Assembly (NCBI GenBank): GCA_017601345.1
Contig: JAFNIT010000001.1
Location: 12,835-76,834 of the forward strand
Source of the DNA: Candidatus Brockarchaeota archaeon
GTDB lineage: Archaea > Thermoproteota > EX4484-205 > JAAOZP01
Length of the DNA: 64,000 bases
Direction of reading: 5' to 3'
The notes under the pieces are model-generated. The model was not told where the DNA came from, ran no database searches, and was given only the letters and a program-made list of their open reading frames with translations. Both the position numbers and the translations under genes were made by a program. Every line of letters begins with the position of its first letter. The first letter of the stretch is position 1. Below, piece by piece: positions 16,052-26,365 of this stretch.

Positions 16052-17590
16052 ATGGTTTGGAGGGGATATTTTACTGAGTCCCAAATACCTGAGAAAGTTG
16101 TGCTTTTTGACACTACTTTAAGAGACGGTGAGCAAACTCCCGGCGTAGCACTTACCCCTGAGGATAAGCTTAAGATAGCCAGACAACTTGACATTCTCGG
16201 AGTACCTGTAATAGAGGCAGGTTTTCCAGTAACTTCGCCTGGAGAAGAAGAGGCTGTTAGAAGAATAGTGAAGGAAGGGTTGAAGGCGGAGATAACCGCC
16301 TTGGCGAGATCTTCAAAGCAGGATATAGAGAAGGTTGCCTCAACGGGCGCTCAAAGAATACACCTTTTCATTGCCACTTCAGATATACATTTGAGTAAGA
16401 AGCTAAAGATAAGCCGGGAGGAAGCAATTAAGAGAGCTGTAGAGGCTATTGACCTAGCAAAGTCCTACGGGATGAAAATAGAGTTCTCTGCAGAAGATGC
16501 AACTAGAACAAACTTAGATTTCCTCATAGAGTTCTACAAGGCTGTTGAGGAAGCGGGGGCAAACATAGTCGACATACCGGATACCGTTGGCGTGGCAACA
16601 CCATTCGCCATGAGAGAAATAGTTAGGAGAGTACGAGAAGCATTGAGGATTCCGGTAGCAATTCACTGTCATAACGACATGGGGTTGGCGGTTGCAAACA
16701 CTCTTGCAGGAATCGAGGGCGGGGCTACGGAAGCGCATGTAACAGTTAATGGTCTTGGTGAAAGAGCTGGCAATGCAAGCCTCGAGGAAGTAGCAGTTTC
16801 CCTTAAAGTGCTCTACGGTGTAGAAACAGGTATAAATTTCAAGGAGATATATAATACCTCTCGGATGGTTTCGTCAATAACTGGAATAACAATACCTGTG
16901 AACAAGCCGATAGTTGGAGAGAATGCTTTCTCGCATGAGAGTGGAATACATACCCATGGCATAATCTCTTCCCCCGAGACCTATGAGCCGATAGACCCTG
17001 AATTCGTCGGGACTAAGAGAAGGATCATAGCAGGGAAGCATGCAGGAACGCATGGTATTTCTGCACAATTGAAAGAAATGGGATACACTCCAACCGAGGA
17101 AGAGCTTAACAAAATAGTGAAAATAGTTAAGGAGATGGGTGATCAGGGTAAGAAGGTTACTGATGCCGAGCTCGCCTCCATAGCTGAGAGCGTGATGGGC
17201 TATGGAATCAGTGAGAAAGAACGTATTGAACTCGATGAATTGATGGTAGTCACTGGTCTAAACATTACTCCTACGGCAGCGATAAAAATAAGGTGGGGAG
17301 GCCAGTCTTGGAGGGGGGCAGAGTTCGGAGTAGGCCCAATAGATGCTTCGATAAAAGCTGTTGGCAAGCTTCTCGGGGACTTGATAAAGATAAAGCTTGA
17401 AAGCTTTAAGCTGGAGGCGATAACCGGCGGCACAGAGGCTTTTGCAGAAGTAACCGTCCGAGTTTCCGATGAGGGAGGGAGGAGCGTTACTGCAAAAGGC
17501 TTCAGTAAAGATATTGTTTTAGCTGGAGTCTACGCAATACTGAATGGTGCAAACAGGCTGATACAAATAAGAAAGGCGAGTGCTAAATGA
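16052..17590 (+). CDS. leuA: 2-isopropylmalate synthase / (R)-citramalate synthase family (LeuA/CimA)
   Basis: LFDTTLRDGEQTPGVALT DRE-TIM motif, HCHNDMGLAVANTLAGIEGGA, and a C-terminal LeuA-dimer regulatory domain (512 aa). Overlaps leuC (ATGA). Confidence 0.85.
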   Translation: MVWRGYFTESQIPEKVVLFDTTLRDGEQTPGVALTPEDKLKIARQLDILGVPVIEAGFPVTSPGEEEAVRRIVKEGLKAEITALARSSKQDIEKVASTGAQRIHLFIATSDIHLSKKLKISREEAIKRAVEAIDLAKSYGMKIEFSAEDATRTNLDFLIEFYKAVEEAGANIVDIPDTVGVATPFAMREIVRRVREALRIPVAIHCHNDMGLAVANTLAGIEGGATEAHVTVNGLGERAGNASLEEVAVSLKVLYGVETGINFKEIYNTSRMVSSITGITIPVNKPIVGENAFSHESGIHTHGIISSPETYEPIDPEFVGTKRRIIAGKHAGTHGISAQLKEMGYTPTEEELNKIVKIVKEMGDQGKKVTDAELASIAESVMGYGISEKERIELDELMVVTGLNITPTAAIKIRWGGQSWRGAEFGVGPIDASIKAVGKLLGDLIKIKLESFKLEAITGGTEAFAEVTVRVSDEGGRSVTAKGFSKDIVLAGVYAILNGANRLIQIRKASAK

Positions 17591-18846
17591 GCGGGTTAAC
17601 AGCAATTCAAAAAGTGTTTTCAAGAAAAGCAGGTAAACGCGTTGAAGTGGGAGAGATAATTGAAGCGAAGGTAGATTTTCTTATGCTCCATGAGGTAACC
17701 GGACCCTTAGCAGTCGAAGAGTTTGAGAAGATATCTGAAAAAGTATGGGATCCCGGTAGAGTTGTCGTCATTTTCGATCACGATGTCCCACCAAGCACGA
17801 TTGAACTCTCAAACCAGATGAGAAGAATGAGGATTTTCGTCAAGAAATACGGCATAAGCAATTTTTACGAGGTAGGGAGGGGAGGTATTGCTCACCAAGT
17901 GCTCTTTGAAGAAGGTTTTGATATTCCAGGTTTCTTGATAGTCGGTGTTGACAGCCACACTTGCACTGCTGGAGCAACAGGTGCCGTAGGGATAGGAGTG
18001 GGTTCAACAGACGCTGCAGTGGTCTTAGCAACAGGTGAAATTTGGCTTAGAGTTCCTGAAACAGTGATCGTAGAAGTAAGGGGAGAGTTTCAAAGGGGGG
18101 TATTCGCTAAAGACCTTGCCCTGCATATCGTTGGGAAAATTGGAGCGAATGGGGCTACTTACAAGGTTGTAGAGTATTCGGGCGAGGCTGTAGAGAAATT
18201 ATCCTTATCGGAACGTTTAACTCTTGCGAATCTCTCTATTGAAATGGGAGCTAAGACAGGAATTGTTCAAACAGACTCTAAAAGCTTCGAATACGCTAAG
18301 AGCTTTAACAAGGAGGACCAGTATATGGATGTTAAAAGCGATCCTGATTCCGACTTTGATAAAGTAGAGATAGATGCTTCTCAACTGGAACCGGTGGTAA
18401 GTGTTCCACATAGTGTTGATAACGTTAAGCCCGTGAGGGAGGTTGAGGGTCTACATATAGACCAGGCTTTCTTAGGCTCATGTACCAACGGCAGGCTAGA
18501 TGACCTTCTCATAGCCTTTAAGATATTGAAGGGGAGGAAAATCGCTCCTTGGGTAAGGCTTGTAGTAGGCCCTGCTTCAGTAAAAGTGTATAGTGAAGCT
18601 TTGAGAATGGGAATAATCGAGGAGATTGTGAGGGCAGGAGGAATAGTCACATCCCCGACTTGCGGCGCATGCTTAGGGATGTCTAGAGGAGTCCTTGCAG
18701 AAGAAGAGGTTGCAGTTTCAAGTAGCAATAGGAATTTCATTGGTAGAATGGGTGCTAAAAGCAGTAAGGTTTACTTAGCTTCTCCAGCAACCGTTGTAGC
18801 ATCAGCAATAGAGGGGAAAATAGTAGATCCCAGGAGGTATCTCTAA
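17587..18846 (+). CDS. leuC: 3-isopropylmalate dehydratase (or homoaconitase) large subunit
   Basis: Aconitase-family catalytic domain with Cys ligands (GSCTNGRLDD; TCGACLG). 419 aa. Confidence 0.9.
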   Translation: MSGLTAIQKVFSRKAGKRVEVGEIIEAKVDFLMLHEVTGPLAVEEFEKISEKVWDPGRVVVIFDHDVPPSTIELSNQMRRMRIFVKKYGISNFYEVGRGGIAHQVLFEEGFDIPGFLIVGVDSHTCTAGATGAVGIGVGSTDAAVVLATGEIWLRVPETVIVEVRGEFQRGVFAKDLALHIVGKIGANGATYKVVEYSGEAVEKLSLSERLTLANLSIEMGAKTGIVQTDSKSFEYAKSFNKEDQYMDVKSDPDSDFDKVEIDASQLEPVVSVPHSVDNVKPVREVEGLHIDQAFLGSCTNGRLDDLLIAFKILKGRKIAPWVRLVVGPASVKVYSEALRMGIIEEIVRAGGIVTSPTCGACLGMSRGVLAEEEVAVSSSNRNFIGRMGAKSSKVYLASPATVVASAIEGKIVDPRRYL

Positions 18847-19346
18847 TGATCATTCGAGGTAAAGTGGTGAAGCTCGGCGACAACATAGATACCGATGTAA
18901 TAATACCTGCGAGATATCTGGTGACGCATGATGCTACAGTTCTGGCTGAACACGTTTTCGAAGACTATTACCCGGAGTTCAGAGAGAAAGCTAAGGAAGG
19001 AGTTATAATTGTTGCAGGAGAGAACTTTGGCCTGGGAAGCTCGAGAGAACATGCAGTGATAGCTTTAAAACATTCCAATGTTAAAGCGGTCGTTGCAAAA
19101 TCTTTCGCAAGAATCTTCTACAGGAATGCCATAAACCTGGCTATGCCTGCCTTAGTACTGGAGGAAAAAAACAGAATCGGGGAAATCAACGATGGAGATG
19201 AGATTGAGATTAATTTGGAAAAGGGGATTTTAAGGGACCTTAATACCGGGAAGGAATTTTCTCTTTATAAAATACCTGATTTCATAGTTAAAATATTGAA
19301 AGCAGGCGGATTAATAAGCTATTTCAAGGAAAAGGGACAGAAATAG
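18846..19346 (+). CDS. leuD: 3-isopropylmalate dehydratase small subunit
   Basis: Aconitase swivel domain, 166 aa. Start overlaps the leuC stop (TAATG). Confidence 0.9.
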   Translation: MIIRGKVVKLGDNIDTDVIIPARYLVTHDATVLAEHVFEDYYPEFREKAKEGVIIVAGENFGLGSSREHAVIALKHSNVKAVVAKSFARIFYRNAINLAMPALVLEEKNRIGEINDGDEIEINLEKGILRDLNTGKEFSLYKIPDFIVKILKAGGLISYFKEKGQK

Positions 19347-19375
19347 AACCTCCGATAACTATTTATAAACCTGGC

Positions 19376-20224
19376 GTGAATAAGCTTTTACAGTTGCAGC
19401 GCCGGGAAGCGGTTACTAGATATTCATGCTCCGTGTGCGGACGCCCTCTCAGCGCTGAATACAAGTTCTGCCCGTCTTGTGGAGCACCGCGCAAAGGAAT
19501 CTCGTATGTGAGGAAGGTTTCTACTGGAAATCCTGCTATCGACGAAATACTAGAAGGAGGTTTTGAGGCAGGTAAGACATATCTGCTCGCGGGAGAAGCT
19601 GGAACTGGTAAAACTATCTTCAGTCTCCAATACCTGATATACGGTGCCAAAAACAATGAGCCCGGTATCTACGTGACGATTGATGAAAGACCGGAGGTTT
19701 TGGTAAAAGATGTCAGAAACTTCGGCTGGGATCTCCAGCCCCTCATAGAGACAAGGAGAATCTCAATAATACCAGTTAGGAGATATTTCACCTCTAGAAT
19801 GTGGGGTAGGGAAATGGATACTATAGTTAACAGCATAGTTGAAGAATTGGACAGGAAAAAGAAGGAGATAAATGCTAAGAGGCTTGTGATAGACCCTATA
19901 GCACCCTTGGTGACAACGTATTCCAATGAGATAGCATGGGTCAGAGAGTATATTAGAAGCCTGATATTTTCTATAGAAGAACGTTTAGGCGTAACGACGC
20001 TCATAACCTCTGAGATACCGACCGGCGAGAATGCGATGAGTAGATACGGTGTTGAAGAATTCTTAGCCTCTGGTGTCATAATACTTTCATTGACAAGAGT
20101 CGGAAATTCTATTATAAGAACGATGTTCATCAGAAAAATGCGATGGACTGCTGTCAATCCAACGATATACAGGTTTGAAATAGAACGCGGTCGTGGTATA
20201 GTTCTTAAAGAACCCTTAACTTAG
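19376..20224 (+). CDS. KaiC/RadA-paralog ATPase (single RecA-like domain) with N-terminal zinc ribbon
   Basis: CSVCG...KFCPSCGA zinc ribbon, then Walker A LLAGEAGTGKTIFSLQYL and a KaiC-like core. Confidence 0.7.
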   Translation: MNKLLQLQRREAVTRYSCSVCGRPLSAEYKFCPSCGAPRKGISYVRKVSTGNPAIDEILEGGFEAGKTYLLAGEAGTGKTIFSLQYLIYGAKNNEPGIYVTIDERPEVLVKDVRNFGWDLQPLIETRRISIIPVRRYFTSRMWGREMDTIVNSIVEELDRKKKEINAKRLVIDPIAPLVTTYSNEIAWVREYIRSLIFSIEERLGVTTLITSEIPTGENAMSRYGVEEFLASGVIILSLTRVGNSIIRTMFIRKMRWTAVNPTIYRFEIERGRGIVLKEPLT

Positions 20225-20811
20225 GAAAGTCTAGTACCGCATCTGAAGCAGAATTTATAACGCGCGTTGTTTATGGCTCCACACTTTGGGCAGGTCTTAG
20301 TGTTTGAAGTAGCGCCTTCCTCTTCCACCCTACCTGCTTCAAAACTATGGACACCAGTACCAGGTACTTCACCCTGTTCAGAAACCATATAATCCATTTC
20401 CTCTTTGAACGGGACCTGGAGTTCAGAAACCTCTCCAGCTCCACTCTTCGGGGCTATTTGAACTTCCGCTTCACTAGAAATCCGCGAAGGCTGCTTCTCC
20501 ATAGGCATCGTAGGGGTAACAACAGGCTGCTCCTTTAAGACGGCTCTAATCTCTTCACGCGACTCAGCAACAGGCTTTTTAGGCGGGGGAGTAGCAGTAG
20601 GAATGGCAACTTCTTTCTTGAGAATCACTATGTCTTCCGCAGCTTCGACCTCGCTCCATATAAACTCCATCTCACGATTATCCCTCCCTACGACAACTAT
20701 TCCAACGAGGTTTTCACCCAGTACGAAACCAATATCCTTAACTGTTCCCACATATCTGCCCTTCTTGTCGTAGACTTGAAGACCTATTATCTTCTCCTTC
20801 CTAATCAGCAA
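20221..20811 (-). CDS. PRC-barrel domain protein with Pro-rich linker and C-terminal zinc ribbon
   Basis: N-terminal PRC-barrel (KIIGLQVYDKKGRYVGTVKDIGF). Linker TATPPPKKPV. C-terminal CPKCG...KFCFRCGT. Confidence 0.55.
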   Translation of the reverse strand: MLIRKEKIIGLQVYDKKGRYVGTVKDIGFVLGENLVGIVVVGRDNREMEFIWSEVEAAEDIVILKKEVAIPTATPPPKKPVAESREEIRAVLKEQPVVTPTMPMEKQPSRISSEAEVQIAPKSGAGEVSELQVPFKEEMDYMVSEQGEVPGTGVHSFEAGRVEEEGATSNTKTCPKCGAINNARYKFCFRCGTRLS

Positions 20812-20951
20812 TTTGTAAGAAGAAGATACTTGCGGTCACTTTTATTCTTTTATTTTCGACGCGAGTTTATTGCATTACCGACGATTGTTAACTATTTTTA
20901 TGGATTTAAAATCCCCTAAAAATACTAAAAACAACTATTTAAACACGGTTT

Positions 20952-22451
20952 TTATGGAAGAGAAAAGCCTTCTACAATTCTAGCGACTTGGCCTTCTAGG
21001 AATTTTTTAGCATCCCTGTCCCTTTGAATCATCTCGTTCAACTTAGAATAATAATCTTCTATCATTTTTTCCCTTTCACGTATCATTTTTAAATCATTAC
21101 TCTGGCAACCCGCACCAGCTGAGGTTCTTAGTGAAACTAGCGTCTCCTCACTTTTACTCAAGATGTTTAGCAGGATCGGACTTATGTCCCTACCCAATAT
21201 TTGTAGAGAGACTTCTTTCAGCTCTTCCTCCTTAATGTTTTTGAAGCCTCTACCATCCTTAAGGCTCCTCTTCACCATCTCGCCAACCAGCTTATGGGCC
21301 AGCCTGAACGGAACCCTAGCCTCTTCGATAATTCTCTCAGCAACGTCTAGAGCGATGATGTTTTGCTCCATAGATGACCTTATTCTCTCCCTATTTTCTC
21401 GCATATTTTCAACGGTGATTCTAACTATTTTAAGCGTCTCTTTTACTGTTTCAATCGCTTCAATAAGAGGAGGCTTAGTCTCCTGCAGGTCCCTAACGTA
21501 GCCGCTTGGTGCCCCTTTACACACCATTGAGAGCTGGGCTAGGCTTGAGAAAACCCTTCCAGACCTTGCGCGAGCTAGCTCAAGTATGCAGGGATTCTTC
21601 TTGTTTGGCATCGCACTAGAAGGAAATGCTAATTCGTCTGGGAGAGTGAAAAAGCCGAATTCTGAAGTCAACCAAATTATTAAGTCCTCCATCATTCTGC
21701 TCAAGTTAAGCATTAGTATATTGAGATTTGATACAGTCTCTAGTATGAAGTCTCTAGAAGATACTGCGTCAAACGAGTTCTCTAATAGACCATGGAAACC
21801 AAGGAGCTTTGTTGTAAGCTCTCTGTTTACTTTCAAGGAGGTTCCAACTATCGCGACGCTTCCGAGAGGATTAAGGTTAATTCTCTTCAAAGATTCCGCT
21901 ATGCGGTCAAAATCCCGCATCAAAATGTCGAAATAACCTAGAAAGTAATGTGATAAAGGGGCTGCTTGCGCTTGTTGAAGATGCGTGTAGAACGGAAATA
22001 AAACGTCAATAGTTTCACGGGCTTTTTTCAATAATGTTTTCTCAAGATCCAGTATTTCTCTCAGGATATTGAAAACCTCCCTCCTAGTCTTAAGCCTCAC
22101 CGCAGTCACAACCTGATCGTTTCTTGATCGGGCAGTGTGAACTAATCCTCCGATTTCAATCCCGACTTCTTTAATTACGAATGATTCTATAAGCTCATGT
22201 ACATCCTCATATTTGTAAGTATCGGTCTGTACCAACTCCTTGTTTTCTAAAAGTTTTTTGATTGCGGAAACGATCTTCTTAAACTGGTCTTCCGTTATGT
22301 ATCCTTGTTTCATAAGCATGAAGTCGTGCGCAATAGTAGCTTCTATATCTTCGTAAAATATCCATGAATCTTCTTTAATGCTTGACGTGTATCTTGTTGC
22401 TTCCGGAAAAGCAGGTTCCAGTCGGCTGCGGTATATGCCCTCTTCAGACAT
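20952..22451 (-). CDS. argH: Argininosuccinate lyase
   Basis: Fumarate-lyase family signature SSAMPNKKNP. The N-terminal region resembles ArgH (RYTSSIKEDSWIFYEDIEATIAHDFMLMKQGYI). 499 aa. Confidence 0.85.
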   Translation of the reverse strand: MSEEGIYRSRLEPAFPEATRYTSSIKEDSWIFYEDIEATIAHDFMLMKQGYITEDQFKKIVSAIKKLLENKELVQTDTYKYEDVHELIESFVIKEVGIEIGGLVHTARSRNDQVVTAVRLKTRREVFNILREILDLEKTLLKKARETIDVLFPFYTHLQQAQAAPLSHYFLGYFDILMRDFDRIAESLKRINLNPLGSVAIVGTSLKVNRELTTKLLGFHGLLENSFDAVSSRDFILETVSNLNILMLNLSRMMEDLIIWLTSEFGFFTLPDELAFPSSAMPNKKNPCILELARARSGRVFSSLAQLSMVCKGAPSGYVRDLQETKPPLIEAIETVKETLKIVRITVENMRENRERIRSSMEQNIIALDVAERIIEEARVPFRLAHKLVGEMVKRSLKDGRGFKNIKEEELKEVSLQILGRDISPILLNILSKSEETLVSLRTSAGAGCQSNDLKMIREREKMIEDYYSKLNEMIQRDRDAKKFLEGQVARIVEGFSLP

Positions 22452-22559
22452 CTTTCTTAAAAACGAGTTTTAAGCCAGCTAATAAGGTTATAGACCGCAT
22501 AGGCGATTCAAAATTTAAAAACAATCCTCTCCATATGCTTTATAGCTGGAAAGAACTTT

Positions 22560-23678
22560 ATGATAATCGAGAAAAGGACAGAGATAGGGAGGCTTGTAAC
22601 ATTCATACCGAACAAGCATACTCCGATACATAACTGGTTCTACTATAAAGAAGGGTTTTCGCGAGATTTCGTAGAGTTGATTATTAGGAGCCTTAAGCTC
22701 GGAAGAGAGTCTTGGGTATTAGACCCATTCTGCGGGGTTGGAACAACCCAGCTTACTTGTAAAGAACTTGGAGTAAACGCTATGGGCATAGACGTAGCAG
22801 ACCTCCCAGTATTCGTGTCAAAAGTTAAGACAGCAGATTACGATGTTAGCGTTTTGAAAGAAGTTTCAAAGAAAATTTTTTCTGAAAAATTTAGGAGACA
22901 AGACTTAAGCGGGCTCAGCAGTATTGTTAGAAAAGCTTTCCCAAGACATGTTTTGGAGGACGTATTGTTCTTTAGGGGCATCGTTGAGGAAATAGAGGAT
23001 GATGTTGTAAACGGTTTTTTCAAATTGGGATTGATGAGTGCTGCGATTAAAGCATCCTACATAGTTAAGGACGGGGGAGTCTTAAAGATAGTTAAAAAGA
23101 AGAATATTCCTCCATTTAGAAAATTCTACAGGAATAGGATTAAACGGATGATAAGAGACTTAGAGGAGTTTAAAACACTTAATCCGACGATAATCACGTT
23201 GAAAACAGATTCCCGAAACCTAAAGTTTATGGATGATAACATTTTTGATGCGGTGATTACATCGCCTCCTTATTTAAATAAGATAGAGTATACGAAGGTT
23301 TACCGCGTTGAGAACGAGCTTTTCTTCAAGGAGGCAGAACCGATGCTGAGATCGTACATAGGGGATTTGGTTGAAAACCATGTGGATTCTGAATATGGAG
23401 ACCTGCCTGCCATAGCCAGCGCCTATTTCAAAGACCTTAAGAGAGTTCTGTCTGAGATTTATCGCGTTCTCAAGGAAGGTGGGAGAGGGGTCTTCGTAAT
23501 CGCTCAAGGGGTATTCCCCACGGGGATTGTGGAATCAGAGAAGATTTTCTCGAAAATAGCCAGTGAAATCGGTTTTGAAACCGAGTGCATGTGGTTAGTC
23601 AATAGGAGAGTAGCCACTAGAGATCGTGTAGTCAAGATAGGGTATGCAGACGAGTTCGTAATATTCCTACGTAAATAA
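22560..23678 (+). CDS. Putative amino-methyltransferase (N6-A/N4-C DNA MTase-like; RNA m2G MTase not excluded)
   Basis: Motif I VLDPFCGVGTT near the N-terminus and motif IV SPPY at about residue 226 (alpha-like order). No adjacent restriction endonuclease. Confidence 0.6.
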   Translation: MIIEKRTEIGRLVTFIPNKHTPIHNWFYYKEGFSRDFVELIIRSLKLGRESWVLDPFCGVGTTQLTCKELGVNAMGIDVADLPVFVSKVKTADYDVSVLKEVSKKIFSEKFRRQDLSGLSSIVRKAFPRHVLEDVLFFRGIVEEIEDDVVNGFFKLGLMSAAIKASYIVKDGGVLKIVKKKNIPPFRKFYRNRIKRMIRDLEEFKTLNPTIITLKTDSRNLKFMDDNIFDAVITSPPYLNKIEYTKVYRVENELFFKEAEPMLRSYIGDLVENHVDSEYGDLPAIASAYFKDLKRVLSEIYRVLKEGGRGVFVIAQGVFPTGIVESEKIFSKIASEIGFETECMWLVNRRVATRDRVVKIGYADEFVIFLRK

Positions 23679-24695
23679 TTATAAAAGCCTAATGCATCTT
23701 CCTCTTAAAGAATTAAGGTCATATGCCTCGTATCCGAGGTTTCTAAGCTCCTGAGAGAATTCTTTAGAAAAACCGTGTACTGTAAAAATCTTCTGGGGAG
23801 AGGTTTCTTCAACTATTTTAAGCAAACCATGGAAATCCGCATGGTCACTCAATGGAAAAGCCCGGTCGACGGCAAGCATTTCTTCATAACTTTTTAAAAG
23901 CGACCTGCCTGAGAACCAGATTAAAACCGCACCGTACTTCTTTTTAATAACCTGCAGGAAAGCATTCCTACCGGAAATATTCGGGTAGTAAAGCACCCAG
24001 TTACTGTCTCGTGGGAACGATTGAGACTGAGGGCACAGTATCTTTTTCTCACTTATCATCATTGAGAAAAGCCTGTAGACATCGTTATACCTTGCTATTG
24101 ATGGAGAAACATATTTCTCAACATCCGGCAGGAAACGGTCTAGAATCATTTGAACATGCTGCGATTTGCCCAACGGGTAGCCCATAAAGACCACGGGCCT
24201 GCTCTTCTTCAAGTTTTCTCGCACATAGTCAACAACTTCTTTAACTAGCTCATGTCGAGGAGGGAAGACTAGGTTTGGACGCCCGTAGTTAGACTCTATT
24301 ATCAGAGTATGTACCTTCGGAAAACATTGCTTGGGCATGTCTGCAAGAGGAGAATTGTTTACGTCTCCGGTGTAGAGTATCTTTTCACAACCCGCTTCTA
24401 AAACTATTGACTTAGAGCCCAATATATGTCCTGAATCTAACAGGAGAAAAGGACTCTCTGTCCGCTTTATTCCAAACCCTCTGAGCGTTGATAAGATGAA
24501 TGTTTCTTCTGAGCATATGGCCTCTACGTTCTGAGACTCCTGCTTACAAATGTGATCAAGGTGAGCGTGAGAAATGAAAACATAATCTGGAGAGTCATAT
24601 GATCCCATTTTTAATGCCGTCTCACTTCCATTAAGATAGATTGTTGCAAACCTGTCTAGCCTAATTGAAAGAGCCCTATTTGGAGTATGGTGCAT
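23679..24695 (-). CDS. Metallo-beta-lactamase-fold / beta-CASP-like hydrolase
   Basis: ISHAHLDH (HxHxDH), a downstream TGD motif (YTGDVN) and C-terminal LSDHADF...VHG beta-CASP-like motifs. 338 aa. Confidence 0.6.
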   Translation of the reverse strand: MHHTPNRALSIRLDRFATIYLNGSETALKMGSYDSPDYVFISHAHLDHICKQESQNVEAICSEETFILSTLRGFGIKRTESPFLLLDSGHILGSKSIVLEAGCEKILYTGDVNNSPLADMPKQCFPKVHTLIIESNYGRPNLVFPPRHELVKEVVDYVRENLKKSRPVVFMGYPLGKSQHVQMILDRFLPDVEKYVSPSIARYNDVYRLFSMMISEKKILCPQSQSFPRDSNWVLYYPNISGRNAFLQVIKKKYGAVLIWFSGRSLLKSYEEMLAVDRAFPLSDHADFHGLLKIVEETSPQKIFTVHGFSKEFSQELRNLGYEAYDLNSLRGRCIRLL

Positions 24696-24697
24696 TT

Positions 24698-26365
24698 TTA
24701 AAGGAAGAACCTGTTGTCTCTAAGCTTGTTTAAAAACTTGCTTTCAATCTTTTTTACTACCGGAGTCCACTTTCTCCTTCTCTCCTGAAGCTCATCCTCA
24801 TCCACCAACAGATCAAGCCTCCTGCCCGGAACATCTATGAGTATCTCGTCACCGTCTTTTACAAGAGCTATAGGCCCGCCTAAGAACGCTTCTGGAGAAA
24901 CATGCCCTATAGCAATCCCCTTAGTGCCCCCCGAGAACCTGCCGTCAGTAACTAACGCAACTTTCTCTACAAGACTTCTCCCAACTATGAGCGAAGTCGG
25001 CATCAGCATTTCGCGCATGCCGGGTCCGCCCAGCAGTCCTTCATACCTCACAACCACGACAGTATTCTCTTCGAAATCTTCTTTTTCAAGAGCTTTAACC
25101 ACCTCCTCTTCTGAATCGAATACTCTAGCCCTACCTCTGAATGTCCTAAGCTGCATCGGTGTTCCGGCGAGTTTTATGACAGCACCTTCAGGAGCTAGAG
25201 ATCCCCGCAGGATAGCTATACCACCTTCGCTTCTATATGGGTTCTCAGGAGGACGTATGAGAGAGCCTTGTGGCTCGGGGAAAGTTTCGACAAGCTCTCT
25301 TAAAGGCTTACCAGTTACCGTCATCGCATCCAAGTAGATATACTTCCTTAACATTTTTAGAAGCGATGGGATTCCACCAGCATTGTAGAAGTCGATCATA
25401 AAGCTTTCCCCAGACGGCCTTATGAGAACTAGCGTCGGTACTCTTCTACTAATCTCATCGAATACTTGAAGAGAGAGATCGTAACCAGCTTCCTTAGCGA
25501 GAGCGCTTATGTGGAGAACAGTGTTAGTGGATCCTCCTAAAGCATTATCTATGATTATCGCGTTAATCAGGTTCTCCCTTTTAACCACATCCTTAAACTT
25601 AAGCCCCTCTCTCCAGAGCCCGACTATTCTCCTCCCCGAGTCATAGGCAAGCCTCTTCTTCTTTTCATCTAAGGCGTGTGTTGCAGCCATGTTTGGAAGA
25701 GATAGGCCCATTGCCTCCACTAGGCAAGCCATAGTGTTCGCTGTGAAAAGCCCCGCACAGCTTCCAGCTCCGGGGCAAGCAGCCCTTTCAAATTCTCTCA
25801 ATTCCTCCAAAGTAAACTTACCCTCATGGTATTCGCCTAATACTTCAAAGACAGATACTAGGTCAATCCTCCTACCCTTAAAGACACCTGGGTACATCGG
25901 CCCGCCGGTGACGAATATGGAAGGGAGATTCAGCCTTGCAGCCGCAAGAAGATGTCCGGGAACAATCTTATCGCATGAAGAGATGAAGACAGCAGCATCA
26001 AACATGTGTGCCGAAAGCATTATCTCTATCGAATCCGCTATCACCTCCCTGCTTGGAAGCGAGTACTTCATTCCCTCATGGTTCATCGCTAACCCGTCGC
26101 AGACAGCAATAGTATTGAAGACGAAGGGCACGCCACCCTCGTCTCTAATCCCCCTCGATACTTCTTCAGCTAGAGAGTTTAAGTGAATATGCCCTGGCAC
26201 AATACTGGTGTATGAGTTAACTACTGCTATGAATGGTTTTTCAAAATCCTCCTTCTCCAGCCCAACGGCGTGCAGGAGGCTTCTGTGAGGAGCTCTGTCA
26301 ACACCCTTCTTGATTGCGTTACTCCTCATCTCGTGGGGTTTCTCCTTGAGCATGCTGGATTTCAT
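24698..26365 (-). CDS. ilvD: Dihydroxy-acid dehydratase
   Basis: IlvD/EDD family: CDKIVPGHLLAAARLNLPSIFVTGGPM with Fe-S Cys ligands. 555 aa. Confidence 0.9.
   Translation of the reverse strand: MKSSMLKEKPHEMRSNAIKKGVDRAPHRSLLHAVGLEKEDFEKPFIAVVNSYTSIVPGHIHLNSLAEEVSRGIRDEGGVPFVFNTIAVCDGLAMNHEGMKYSLPSREVIADSIEIMLSAHMFDAAVFISSCDKIVPGHLLAAARLNLPSIFVTGGPMYPGVFKGRRIDLVSVFEVLGEYHEGKFTLEELREFERAACPGAGSCAGLFTANTMACLVEAMGLSLPNMAATHALDEKKKRLAYDSGRRIVGLWREGLKFKDVVKRENLINAIIIDNALGGSTNTVLHISALAKEAGYDLSLQVFDEISRRVPTLVLIRPSGESFMIDFYNAGGIPSLLKMLRKYIYLDAMTVTGKPLRELVETFPEPQGSLIRPPENPYRSEGGIAILRGSLAPEGAVIKLAGTPMQLRTFRGRARVFDSEEEVVKALEKEDFEENTVVVVRYEGLLGGPGMREMLMPTSLIVGRSLVEKVALVTDGRFSGGTKGIAIGHVSPEAFLGGPIALVKDGDEILIDVPGRRLDLLVDEDELQERRRKWTPVVKKIESKFLNKLRDNRFFL

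Noticed and set aside
20221-20811. PRC-barrel protein as a possible CdvA
   Set aside because: It has a PRC barrel, but it carries a zinc ribbon instead of a coiled coil plus E3B tail and is 23 kb from the Cdv genes.
23679-24695. MBL-fold gene as the restriction partner of the adjacent methyltransferase
   Set aside because: MBL/beta-CASP proteins are RNA/DNA processing nucleases, not known type II REases; convergent orientation also argues against an R-M operon.
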